The position numbers and the translations under genes are program-made. A DNA stretch of 60,272 bases, from contig JAGVYH010000004.1 of the NCBI GenBank assembly GCA_018303325.1, positions 1 to 60,272 on the forward strand. Reading direction: 5' to 3'. The stretch comes from Candidatus Woesearchaeota archaeon. GTDB taxonomy: Archaea > Nanobdellota > Nanobdellia > Woesearchaeales > DSVV01. The notes beneath the pieces were generated by a model. The model was not told the origin of the DNA. It saw nothing but the letters and a program-made list of their open reading frames with translations, and made no database searches. This document shows, piece by piece, positions 29,135-38,284 of this stretch; position 1 is the stretch's first letter; every line of letters begins with the position of its first letter.

Positions 29135-29289
29135 TGCTCCGGCCGGGACTTTCAAATCCGAAGGATTTGCTCTCCTTCAAGATATTTGAACCCGGGTCTT
29201 TGCCTTTCTTTGCCTTTCTTTTCCTTATCAACCTGTCTCTTTAAAGACTCGAGAGGGCAAAATGATGGGCCGGTCTACACTACCGGAGC
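29135..29289 (-). tRNA. tRNA-Glu(CTC) with two introns (37/38: 29206-29249; T-loop 59/60: 29149-29184)
   Basis: GCTCCGG/CCGGAGC acceptor, TTGCC/GGCAA anticodon stem, CCGGG-TTCAAA|T-CCCGG T arm; mature length 75 nt. Confidence 0.9.
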
Positions 29290-29362
29290 AATAGTTAGAA
29301 TGGATTAAATATTGATTTATATAGTTTTTGAGGAGAAATGAGTGAAGTTATTCGATTATTAT

Positions 29363-29534
29363 GAAAAATCCAGCCATGGCGGGCTACGAAGACAGAAATT
29401 TGGAGGCTTTTTCATATTTCTCTTCAAAAGCTGAACAAATTTCTGTCGGAGAGGGCAACCTTTTTGACATTCGACAAATTACTGACGAGGAGAAAAGTTG
29501 CCCGTAAGCCCTGCCATGAATGGCTGGAGGTTTC
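29363..29534 (-). ncRNA. Putative structured RNA/DNA element (three-way junction), copy 1
   Basis: Stems TCCAGCC/GGCTGGA, ATGGC/GCCAT, GGGCT/AGCCC, GGGCAAC/GTTGCCC and GACAGAAATTTG/CAAATTTCTGTC. Core shared with 37483-37602. Confidence 0.6.
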
Positions 29535-29608
29535 AATACTAAGAAATTAAAAAGCCCACATTATAAAGAAGAGATTTATTTATTTTTAGTTATTATCTAT
29601 TTATTTAA

Positions 29609-29884
29609 CTACTCAACATAAAACATCGCATCAGTTATCCATTCGCTTCTGCATTTTGGGCATTTTGTTGGTGTTCTGAATTTTGTCCTTTCTTTGAATA
29701 CAAAATGACACTGTTTGCATTGGCTGGGTATCCTTTTTAGTTTTCTTGGCCGAATAGATACTTGAATGTGCTCTAAATCTTCTTCAATCTCAAAAAGCTC
29801 AACCTTGAAATAGCCTGCTATCTGATACAATGACATTTGTCCATGTTCAAGCATTTGTATAATCTCTTGTCGTCTTGTTGGCAT
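29609..29884 (-). CDS. Archaeal HTH plus Zn-ribbon transcriptional regulator
   Basis: TRRQEIIQML HTH; CKQC...CPKCRSEWI. Confidence 0.85.
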   Translation of the reverse strand: MPTRRQEIIQMLEHGQMSLYQIAGYFKVELFEIEEDLEHIQVSIRPRKLKRIPSQCKQCHFVFKERTKFRTPTKCPKCRSEWITDAMFYVE

Positions 29885-29906
29885 TGCAACCTCAGATTTT
29901 ATGGAA

Positions 29907-30003
29907 TATAGAGAGCTTTGAAAAACTCTTTTTTATGATATTTTTCAAAGCGGTTCTATTAAGGGTTTTGACTATTTGGATAGGTTATTCAAAACCCTCT
30001 ATA
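29907..30003. repeat. Hairpin doublet with TATAGAG/CTCTATA ends
   Basis: GCTTTGAAAAA/TTTTTCAAAGC and AGGGTTTTGA/TCAAAACCCT. Confidence 0.55.
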
Positions 30004-30086
30004 CAATAATTGAATTTCTTTAACTAATGTTCTGTTTCTTAGTATTTTTATTCCGCTCAAAATCCGTTTGTGGAACGCAGTCCCCC

Positions 30087-30134
30087 ATGTAGGCACGGAC
30101 ACTAATTTTTGTATATTCATTTCCGTGCATACAT
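30087..30134. repeat. Family-2 hairpin unit
   Basis: ATGTAGGCACGGA/TCCGTGCATACAT; same stem core as 15737. Confidence 0.7.
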
Positions 30135-30345
30135 ACGTGGACTTTATTTTAAATTTAACAAACTCATATTATAGGTTAAATTTATAATCTTGCAGACTAA
30201 ATACTACATGATATCAATTATTCATTTATTCTGCAATAACTAAATTAATACAGATATTAAAGTCCACAGCTATCTTATGAAAAGTTTAAGTTTTTTCGAA
30301 GAGTTTATTAAAAAATTAAATTTCGAAAAACAAACTAAATCATCA

Positions 30346-30377
30346 TCATGAGATGGGTGGCTTCGCCCAGGAACTAA
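30346..30377 (+). repeat. Short repeat family 3, copy 2
   Basis: TCATGAGATGGGTGGCTTCGCCCAGGAACTAA. Confidence 0.55.
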
Positions 30378-30461
30378 CTAAATACCACTAATTTATTTAT
30401 TACACCTTCTGCTAATAAGAATCAATTAACTTTTTAAAGTTTGTTCTTGTTATTAGTAATT

Positions 30462-32741
30462 ATGTGCGGAATACTTGGAATATTTAATGATAATAAAGCA
30501 AATGAAAAGGAAACAAATGCAATATTTAAGGTAAAGGAAGCTCTGAAAATAATAAAAAACCGCGGCAAAGATATGTATGGTATAGCCAATGAGAATGACT
30601 TTGATTATCAAAAAAAGATAGATCATCTTAAATTACATAGCAAGGAAACGCCTAACGCAATAGCTCATTGTCTGCATAGTCTTGTTTCGTTTGTTCCGCA
30701 GCCATTAATCAGCGAGAACTCAAAAAACAGATTTATTGTTAATTGTGAAATCTATAATTGGGAAGAGCTCAATGAAACCTACAAATTAAATGCAAAAAAC
30801 GACGCAGAAATGCTCTTCAGACTTATTGAAAAAAAAGGAAAAACATCAGTTCAATTAACAAAGATATTAGACGAGCTTGAAGGAGTGTATGCATTTGCAT
30901 TTTGGGATGTAAAAAAAAGAAATGTTGTTCTTGCACGAGATATTATTGGAGTTAAGCCTATATGGTTCTCTCTTTCACAAAAAAATAAAGGAACAGATTC
31001 ATTCGCATTTTCCAGCGAGAAAAAGGCATTGGAACACTTAAATTATAATGAAATTTGCGAGTTAAACCCTCGAAAAATATTAGTGTATAATATTAAAACA
31101 AAAAAAATAACCCAATACAATCAGCCTTTTTTCAGCATAACACCAGAACTAAAAAAGCCGTATGACAAGATAAAAAAAGAATTGGCAGGATTTTTAACAA
31201 ACGCAGTTTCTAAAAGAATCCCTGACAGGGAGTTTGGCATTCTGTTCTCTGGCGGCGTAGATTCAACATTTATCGCATATATCTGCAAATCTCTCGGCTT
31301 GAAACCTGTACTTTACACGTCTGTTCTGGAAACAAAAGGCACAGAACTAAAAATTCCAGAAGATTACTTATGGGCGAGGAAAGCTGCGAGGGAATTAAAG
31401 TTAAAATTAAAGATTAATAAAATAAAATTAGAAGATATAGAAAATTACCTTAAATATATTGTTCCGCTGATCGAAGACAGCAACGTCGTCAAGGTTGGTG
31501 TTGCATTGACATTTTATGGAGCGTGCGAATTAGCGAGAAAGGATAATGTTAAGGTTATTTTCTCTGGCCTCGGAAGCGAGGAGATTTTCGCAGGTTATGA
31601 AAGGCATAAAAAAAGCGCTGAGAGTAGCGCAAATGCCAATAATATTTATGCAAACATCAACAAAGAATGCCTTAGTGGATTATTAAAAATGTATGAGCGC
31701 GATTTGTACAGAGATGATGTAATCACAATGAATAATTCTATTGAGTTAAGGCTGCCTTTTCTCGACAAGAAACTTGTTGAATATGCGCTAACGATTCCTG
31801 CAGAGTATAAATTAAATGTGACACAGAATAATTTAATGGCATCGGACAATTTAATAACACAGAACAAATTAATATTCCGCGAAATTGCAAAAGAGATGGG
31901 CGTTCCTAGCGAATTTGCAGAGCGCAAAAAAAGAGCTGCCCAATACGGCTCAAGCTTTGACAAGGCAATAGAAAAGCTTGCAAAGCAGAATGGATTTAAG
32001 TTAAAGTCTGAATATTTAGACAGGTTTTTGCCGAAAAAAATTATGAAGCTTGGTGTTTTATTCTCGTCAGGAAAGGACTCGAATTATGCACTGCATATCA
32101 TGAAAAATCAAAATTATGATATTGCATGTCTAATAACCATCAAAAGCAAAAATCCAGCAAGCTATATGTTTCACACACCAAACATTAATATTGCAAAATT
32201 ACAGGCAGAGGCATTACAAATACCTTTGATTGAGCAAATAACTGAAGGAGAAAAAGAGGAAGAGCTAAAAGATTTAAAGAAGGCAATAGAAAAAGCAAAA
32301 GAAGAATACAAAATAGAGGGTGTTGTTACAGGCGCAATATTCTCGACATATCAGCGTGACAGAATAGAAAAGATTTGTGACGAATTAGGATTAAAGATAT
32401 TCTCTCCGTTATGGCACATGGAACAGGAAAAAGAAGTAATGGCAATAATTAATAATAGATTTGATGTTATTATTGGCTCGATTGCAGCTGACGGCTTAAG
32501 CAAAGAATGGCTCGGCAAAAAGATTGACAATGAAATGATTGAAAAGTTAAAAACTCTTCATGAAAAGAACAAAATAAATATTGCATTTGAAGGAGGAGAA
32601 GCAGAAACACTAGTTCTCGACGCGCCTTTATACAAGAAAAAGATAAAGATTGAAGAATATGAAATTGTAATGGAAAACGAATATACTGGACGGTTTGTTG
32701 TGAAGAAGGCGAAGTTGGTTGGGAAGTCAATAATGGATTAG
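30462..32741 (+). CDS. Fusion: glutamine-hydrolysing asparagine-synthase-like protein + diphthine--ammonia ligase (Dph6-like)
   Basis: MCGI N-terminal nucleophile, RDIIGVKP, FSGGVDS, SGLGSEEIFAGY and ELRLPFLD; then LFSSGKDS, SYMFH, QRDRIE and EGGEAET. Confidence 0.88.
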   Translation: MCGILGIFNDNKANEKETNAIFKVKEALKIIKNRGKDMYGIANENDFDYQKKIDHLKLHSKETPNAIAHCLHSLVSFVPQPLISENSKNRFIVNCEIYNWEELNETYKLNAKNDAEMLFRLIEKKGKTSVQLTKILDELEGVYAFAFWDVKKRNVVLARDIIGVKPIWFSLSQKNKGTDSFAFSSEKKALEHLNYNEICELNPRKILVYNIKTKKITQYNQPFFSITPELKKPYDKIKKELAGFLTNAVSKRIPDREFGILFSGGVDSTFIAYICKSLGLKPVLYTSVLETKGTELKIPEDYLWARKAARELKLKLKINKIKLEDIENYLKYIVPLIEDSNVVKVGVALTFYGACELARKDNVKVIFSGLGSEEIFAGYERHKKSAESSANANNIYANINKECLSGLLKMYERDLYRDDVITMNNSIELRLPFLDKKLVEYALTIPAEYKLNVTQNNLMASDNLITQNKLIFREIAKEMGVPSEFAERKKRAAQYGSSFDKAIEKLAKQNGFKLKSEYLDRFLPKKIMKLGVLFSSGKDSNYALHIMKNQNYDIACLITIKSKNPASYMFHTPNINIAKLQAEALQIPLIEQITEGEKEEELKDLKKAIEKAKEEYKIEGVVTGAIFSTYQRDRIEKICDELGLKIFSPLWHMEQEKEVMAIINNRFDVIIGSIAADGLSKEWLGKKIDNEMIEKLKTLHEKNKINIAFEGGEAETLVLDAPLYKKKIKIEEYEIVMENEYTGRFVVKKAKLVGKSIMD

Positions 32742-32765
32742 TAGGAAGAGTATAATCTTTTTTCT

Positions 32766-33410
32766 TCAATGATAAGTTATTTCTTCCTGTTGTGTATCTA
32801 AGGGATTATTTCTGTCTATTCTCTCTGACTCTGTTCCTAAATTTAATGCAAACATTAGATTATTTACTGGCTGGAGTGTCAATTCATCTAATCTTGCCTT
32901 TGAAATATCTGTTAATTCTTTTACACACGCAGGTGTCGGCAATGCTTCATAAACTCTATCAAGAATATCTTGCACATCATCTCTGTCATAAAATTCACTG
33001 CTGACTGCAAAAGCAGGAGCAACTTCTGGTCCAGACATACCATGTTTCACCAATACATCCACCTCATTTTTTGGAATAAGAGCATAATTAGATAATTTTA
33101 TTCTTATACTTACTCTTTCTCCCAATCTTCTTTTTTGTAGTTCTGGATCTGAAAACGCAGATTCATAATCTTTCATTGTCTTAAGGTTTCCTTTTAATGA
33201 TTGTTCTGTAATATATATTAGCGTTAACAAGCCAGATTTAATATAAAGATAATTTGGTGATTGCTTAAAATCAGGGGTTGGAGCTAATGTAAGTTGCCTA
33301 ACTAAAGTTATCACTTCCTGTTCTTCATCTAAAATTCGTTTCCTGACTTCTGAAGGAATTTCCAGAACCTTCTGCTCTAATTCACTTAACACATAATCAG
33401 GATTAGCCAT
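32766..33410 (-). CDS. Hypothetical protein
   Basis: 214-aa ORF, no motif recognised. Confidence 0.6.
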   Translation of the reverse strand: MANPDYVLSELEQKVLEIPSEVRKRILDEEQEVITLVRQLTLAPTPDFKQSPNYLYIKSGLLTLIYITEQSLKGNLKTMKDYESAFSDPELQKRRLGERVSIRIKLSNYALIPKNEVDVLVKHGMSGPEVAPAFAVSSEFYDRDDVQDILDRVYEALPTPACVKELTDISKARLDELTLQPVNNLMFALNLGTESERIDRNNPLDTQQEEITYH

Positions 33411-33688
33411 ACATTAACATGACTAAAAGAAGTGTGTGAACCTGAATCAAAAGAATAAGTATCATCTGAAGAAAATATGCTCTGTTGTTTTTCTTGAGCT
33501 GAGATTATTGTTTTTTGTAAATGCGCAACAACCTCGTTATCTGTTGGCTCCCTATATCTCATAAGTAGAAGTACATTTGAAAGAACTATTCCACCACCCA
33601 TATTACCTAACACTGCAGGCATACGTTTCGGTTTACTATAAACTTCATTAGGTATAAGCGAAGTGTAGCCAGGTATATTAATTATCAT
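33386..33688 (-). CDS. Hypothetical protein
   Basis: 100-aa ORF overlapping the next gene by 25 nt. Confidence 0.35.
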   Translation of the reverse strand: MIINIPGYTSLIPNEVYSKPKRMPAVLGNMGGGIVLSNVLLLMRYREPTDNEVVAHLQKTIISAQEKQQSIFSSDDTYSFDSGSHTSFSHVNVWLILIMC

Positions 33689-33861
33689 ATATAATTGCGC
33701 CCCCTATCTGTTCTTCTATAAATACACTTATCTAATAGTATATCATTTGGGGTGAGAATGGTCTATTTTTAAATCTTTTGGGTTGCAAACTGCTGTTTTT
33801 CAATTTGGTTCTGTTTGAAACACTGCATATCATATTCTTTAAGTTTATTGTCGTCTCTTCT

Positions 33862-33881
33862 ACTACAACGCCATTTTATAT
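33862..33881 (+). promoter_or_regulatory. ACTACAAC-N5-TTTATAT promoter motif, copy 1
   Basis: Same motif and spacing at 36796 and 43538. Confidence 0.7.
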
Positions 33882-34033
33882 AGAAAAAACGAGTATATCT
33901 TATTGAAATTTCCGAAATTGAAGATGATTTACTAATAAAACTGTTTATAATTATTTATTCCTAAACAGAAAATCTAAACAGAAAACTTAAACAGAAATTA
34001 ATGGTGTCAGAAATGATTACAGAGGTTTTAATA

Positions 34034-35476
34034 ATGATTGGTTGGTTATTGAAAAAACAAAAAGAAAATGTAACAAGGGAAAAAGTAGAGATTATTAGGG
34101 AAAGATGGGAAGAGAAAGACAGAGAAGTTATTACAGAATTTTCTGAACCTGAAAAACTGACTGCTAAGCTTGAAGATTTGCTTGAACAATCTGTTTCTTT
34201 GGAAACTATTAAACATCTTGTCGAAATAAAAAGTTTAGTTGAGCATGCCTATAGAATAGCTGATGAATATGGTGTTGTTCCAGTAAAAGGCAAAAAAAGC
34301 GCAGCAGGAAAGTTAATTGACGAGAGATTTAATGATATCTACGCAACAATCATGAGTGCTGAACAAAATGTAGTTCATGTAAAAGAGTGTTTGGATAATC
34401 TAATGCGTTCTTATGTTAGTGCATTAGAATTATCTTTTAGAACAGCAAAAGATGATTATAAACATACATCTGGCAGAAAAAAAGAGTTATCCTACAGAGA
34501 AAAAGATTTATCAGACAGAGGAAAAGATTTAGCAGAAAGAGAAAAAGGGGTATCTGACAGAGAATTCGGCATGGAAAATGATTTACACCGAAGAGAAAAA
34601 GGTCTGGCAAGAATGAAAATGGATAATGTTGCCATGCTCTATTCTGAGTTCAGTTTCAGCGTCGGATTTTATGCATTCCCTGAATACAAGCATCTAAGAA
34701 GATTCTGGTTAAACAGGCACGCTAAAAAGGTTCAGAGAGAAGGAACACATAAATGGAAAGCTATTGAGGGAATTGAAGGCACAATAAATGAAACATCTGC
34801 TGCTGCACAATATTGGAACACAAAAAAGCCAGAAAGAACTATTTTTTACGAGGGCAGGGCATTGCCTAATGGCCAAAGAATTTCTGCTGATGTGCGGTTA
34901 TTTGTGACGCCGAATGACGGTTATATTCAAGAGGCAATTGATGACGAGAGAGATTCCAATGGCAGAAACCTTAACGTAAGAAACCCTAACAGATGCAATG
35001 ATGAGATTATGAGAATTTACAGGCATACCAGAAAATATTTTGAGTATGAAGACGATCAGCAAATTGCTGGTGTTCCAGAATACTGGCTCTTTCCATTTGA
35101 ATTAAGGGCAACAGGCAAAGGAGACTGCGATGATTGGGCGAATGAACTAGCGTCTTATCTTATCGGGGCAGGTGTGCCGAATTACAGAGTAAGGGTTGTT
35201 TGCGGCCAAACAAGAAGTGGAGGTGGGCATTCAACTCTTTATGTGTTAGGTGATAACCAAAAAACATGGTATCATTTAAACAGCACAACTGCCCTGCATC
35301 AAATACCAACAGACAGATTAGAATCAATGCCGACGTCAAAAGATGTTTCAGACAAGATGGGTATTGGAGAAGTATGGTTCAGCTATAACAATGAGCATGC
35401 ATGGCATGTATTTGAGGGAAATGCAGAGCAAAGTTTCAGAATGGATAAGAGAAGTGGAGTGATAAAAGGGATATAA
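34034..35476 (+). CDS. Coiled-coil + transglutaminase-like cysteine protease domain protein
   Basis: EYWLFPFELRATGKGDCDDWA, GGGHSTL and WYHLNST (Cys-His-Asn); heptad repeats in the N-terminal half. Confidence 0.75.
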   Translation: MIGWLLKKQKENVTREKVEIIRERWEEKDREVITEFSEPEKLTAKLEDLLEQSVSLETIKHLVEIKSLVEHAYRIADEYGVVPVKGKKSAAGKLIDERFNDIYATIMSAEQNVVHVKECLDNLMRSYVSALELSFRTAKDDYKHTSGRKKELSYREKDLSDRGKDLAEREKGVSDREFGMENDLHRREKGLARMKMDNVAMLYSEFSFSVGFYAFPEYKHLRRFWLNRHAKKVQREGTHKWKAIEGIEGTINETSAAAQYWNTKKPERTIFYEGRALPNGQRISADVRLFVTPNDGYIQEAIDDERDSNGRNLNVRNPNRCNDEIMRIYRHTRKYFEYEDDQQIAGVPEYWLFPFELRATGKGDCDDWANELASYLIGAGVPNYRVRVVCGQTRSGGGHSTLYVLGDNQKTWYHLNSTTALHQIPTDRLESMPTSKDVSDKMGIGEVWFSYNNEHAWHVFEGNAEQSFRMDKRSGVIKGI

Positions 35477-35519
35477 TTCTTTTTCATAAATTTAATATTA
35501 TTTGCACTACCAATATTTA

Positions 35520-36569
35520 CTAATTCAATACTTGGTTTAAAACTTTGTAAACATTTGCTTTGCCTATGTTACAGTCTCCATCTAATTTTGCCTTGAATCT
35601 TTTTGATTCATCATATTCATGCTTACGTAGATAATAATTACGTGCCTTAGTAAATAATGCTCTCCAATAAGTTTCGTCTGCCTCTACCATTTCATCTTCG
35701 TTAACAGCAGTAGAGATCCTACGTCCTTTCCAATCTAAAGCTAAGGTAAACTTAGTTTCCGAACCAGTATAATACGCCTCACGGACATAAGGTCCGCTTC
35801 TCCACTCTTTAAATCTGTCTATAATCATATCAAACAAATGGGACTCTGAAGTAAATACTGATGAAGTATCGCTTGTTATGTGAGCCACTCTAGCAGCATT
35901 ACCTAAACAATCAGCTTTTTTATAATATTCAATTGCTCTTTTGAAATCTTTTCTTTTTTCAGCAATATTTGCAGCCCATCTTGAAGGAACTTCTTTTTCA
36001 CAAGCTTGAACAATTATTTTATAAAATTTATCTGCAGTTTCAGTATCCCCCATCTCATCAGCGGTGTCATAAATCTCAAATAAGCAAGGGCTCCCCGGAC
36101 AATGTTTTTCATAGTCAATAATCGCTTTTTTAAGCGCTAAATCATAAAATCTTTTAGTTCTTCCAGTGTTGCCACTTTCTTTTGATATTCTTGCGCATCT
36201 TAAATAACCATAAAAAGTATCCAAATGCTTATGATAGCTAATTGCTTTATCATAATCTTTGAGTAATAATGCTAAGTCTGCAGCACAAGGAAGGTCACCA
36301 GAATCATGTGAATCTTCACAACTCTTTTCAAAATGTCGCATACCTTCTTCGCAGATTCTTCTTGTTCTATCCATATCACCTAATTCTAGCGCTGTTTCTG
36401 CTGCAAATTTAAATTTTGGAGATTGAAAACCTTGTGGTTTGAGAGAAACATCAATCGCTCTTTCTAACATACCTAATTCTTTAAACATTTGCGCAGCAGA
36501 AATATATTCGCCTTTACTTTCTAAATCAACTGCTGTTTCTAATGTTGGTGCTGGTTTTTGCTTATCCAT
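35520..36569 (-). CDS. TPR-like helical repeat protein
   Basis: Repeats such as AAQMFKELGMLERAI, DYDKAISY and DFKRAIEYYKKA. Confidence 0.65.
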   Translation of the reverse strand: MDKQKPAPTLETAVDLESKGEYISAAQMFKELGMLERAIDVSLKPQGFQSPKFKFAAETALELGDMDRTRRICEEGMRHFEKSCEDSHDSGDLPCAADLALLLKDYDKAISYHKHLDTFYGYLRCARISKESGNTGRTKRFYDLALKKAIIDYEKHCPGSPCLFEIYDTADEMGDTETADKFYKIIVQACEKEVPSRWAANIAEKRKDFKRAIEYYKKADCLGNAARVAHITSDTSSVFTSESHLFDMIIDRFKEWRSGPYVREAYYTGSETKFTLALDWKGRRISTAVNEDEMVEADETYWRALFTKARNYYLRKHEYDESKRFKAKLDGDCNIGKANVYKVLNQVLN

Positions 36570-36795
36570 TTTAGTAATACACTTTTCATAACATGATTTT
36601 TCTTTACAACATAATTATTTTCTGGATTATATCTTTTCACAAAGGAATGAAACTGACTTTATAAATTTTTGTGTCACTATTATATCATAAGTAAAATAAA
36701 TCCGCATTTTTTATTTATACAATACTCCTAATTTGAAATCGAACATATAATAATTTTCGTTTTCTTCCTGTTTTTTCCGAAATGACGTGGCAAAG

Positions 36796-36815
36796 ACTAC
36801 AACTTAAGTTTATAT
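36796..36815 (+). promoter_or_regulatory. ACTACAAC-N5-TTTATAT promoter motif, copy 2
   Basis: ACTACAAC TTAAG TTTATAT. Confidence 0.7.
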
Positions 36816-36886
36816 CTACCATGTGTCTATCTATGTTCTAATTCGAGTGATTTATCATAATAATTTATCCCAGTAATTTATACACA

Positions 36887-36958
36887 GAGCAACTGAGTGC
36901 GGTTAGGGATTACAGTGTGTTACATTGAATGTAAACTGCACTTGTTGCTCAAATCCTA
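36887..36958 (+). other. Structured 5' leader candidate
   Basis: GAGCAAC/GTTGCTC and GAGTGCGGTT/AACTGCACTT stems with G-U pairs on the + strand. Confidence 0.45.
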
Positions 36959-37038
36959 CTCAAAAATATGCAACAAAAATTAAGTTGAGATTGAAATTAC
37001 AATCACAATCAGATTAAAATTATAACGAGGTTAAAACA

Positions 37039-37440
37039 ATGGTGCAATCAACAGCAGACAATTATCGCCGACAAACATCTGGTGATTCCACTCTTGGAAA
37101 TTTTATGAACGGTGTAGGCAAGATTGGCTTAATGACGTTTTTATCTTATGTTACAAGGGCAGGAAGGTGTGTACCTATTCCTTATGATGTTAATGTAACA
37201 AATCCTATTTCTCCAAGTATTGCTATCGGCGCTGGTTTTGTCGCCGGTATCAGCGATACAAATAATCTTGAGGCAAAGGTTGCAGGTGTTTTAGGCGGCC
37301 TTGCATCATTGGCGCCCGATGTTTACGACGCTGCAACAACAGGAGATTTGAAAAGAGCAGGCACAATGGCAGGAACAAAGGTTGCTTTGTACCTTGGCAG
37401 TTATCTTGTGGGATATGTTGCGAATAGATTGTTCAAATAG
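37039..37440 (+). CDS. Small Gly/Ala-rich membrane protein
   Basis: Hydrophobic small-residue helices; GAGG SD-like site upstream. Confidence 0.65.
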   Translation: MVQSTADNYRRQTSGDSTLGNFMNGVGKIGLMTFLSYVTRAGRCVPIPYDVNVTNPISPSIAIGAGFVAGISDTNNLEAKVAGVLGGLASLAPDVYDAATTGDLKRAGTMAGTKVALYLGSYLVGYVANRLFK

Positions 37441-37482
37441 TTAGAAAATCATAAATTTGTGTTAACTGATATGAAGTAGGGG

Positions 37483-37602
37483 TGGAAAAACCCAACAACA
37501 AAAATGGCGGCAGACGGTCAAAATCTGCGGATTTTGCCCTATGCGACACCCCGAAGGGGGCGACCCCCGTCGCATCTGCGCCATTGTTGTTGGGTTTTTC
37601 TA
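37483..37602 (+). ncRNA. Putative structured RNA/DNA element (three-way junction), copy 2
   Basis: GAAAAACCCAACAAC/GTTGTTGGGTTTTTC, ATGGC/GCCAT, GCAGA/TCTGC, CAAAATC/GATTTTG and TGCGAC/GTCGCA. Confidence 0.6.
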
Positions 37603-37659
37603 AATAGAATATGATTATAATAAAACATAAATAAAAATTAAGAAACAGTAAGGGTGATT

Positions 37660-38181
37660 ATGATGGGATTTATAGGAAGTGTTTTAAAAACAGGATTAGT
37701 GCTTTACGTCGCTGCTATGGGCATAAGAGGGTGCCAAGTAGTAAGAAGCAGCGAGGCAGAAAAACTAACTGCGTTATATGAATCTGTTGCTTATATCGGC
37801 AAAAAAACAATGAAGGAGCATCCTGAGTATATTGCAGAGCTTGAGACCTCAGGAATGAAAACCAAACAGGATGTGGAAAATTTACAAGATATGGTTGATG
37901 CTTATAAAACAGATTCAACATTAATATGGGCAGGCATATTTTGGAGTGAAGCGAAAAGCAGAGAATATAGCAAATCAATAGTAAATCTTGCCAAAGAAGC
38001 AGTAAAAAGGCATCCAGAATATTTTCTTTTCAGCGCATTGTCTGACGCAACAATGGGTGAGGCAATGGAAACAGTGATAAGATTAGCGCCGAATTATGAA
38101 AAAACAAGGGATAAATTGGAATGTAAGGTTGACAGGATTTTTGTGCCTTGGGCTAATTGCAGTTACGGCATGCCAAGATAA
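37660..38181 (+). CDS. Hypothetical membrane-anchored protein
   Basis: N-terminal hydrophobic segment ending in RGC. Confidence 0.65.
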   Translation: MMGFIGSVLKTGLVLYVAAMGIRGCQVVRSSEAEKLTALYESVAYIGKKTMKEHPEYIAELETSGMKTKQDVENLQDMVDAYKTDSTLIWAGIFWSEAKSREYSKSIVNLAKEAVKRHPEYFLFSALSDATMGEAMETVIRLAPNYEKTRDKLECKVDRIFVPWANCSYGMPR

Positions 38182-38284
38182 TCTAACAAGACAACCGAAC
38201 AAGAGTTTTAACGCTGCCAACAGAAAGAAAACATAGAAACAGAACACAGAAAGAAAAAAACTATATAAACAGGAGTGAATTACC

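Noticed and set aside
29453-29503. Hammerhead ribozyme (CTGACGA...GAAA)
   Set aside because: No stem II between CTGACGA and GAAA and no convincing stem I; the motif is absent from the homologous element at 37483
29363-29534. 5S rRNA or group II intron domain V/VI
   Set aside because: Too long and lacking 5S conserved loops; no AGC/CGC catalytic triad helix
32766-33688. Programmed frameshift joining the two overlapping ORFs
   Set aside because: No slippery site or recognisable domain spans the junction, and the downstream ORF has its own ATG
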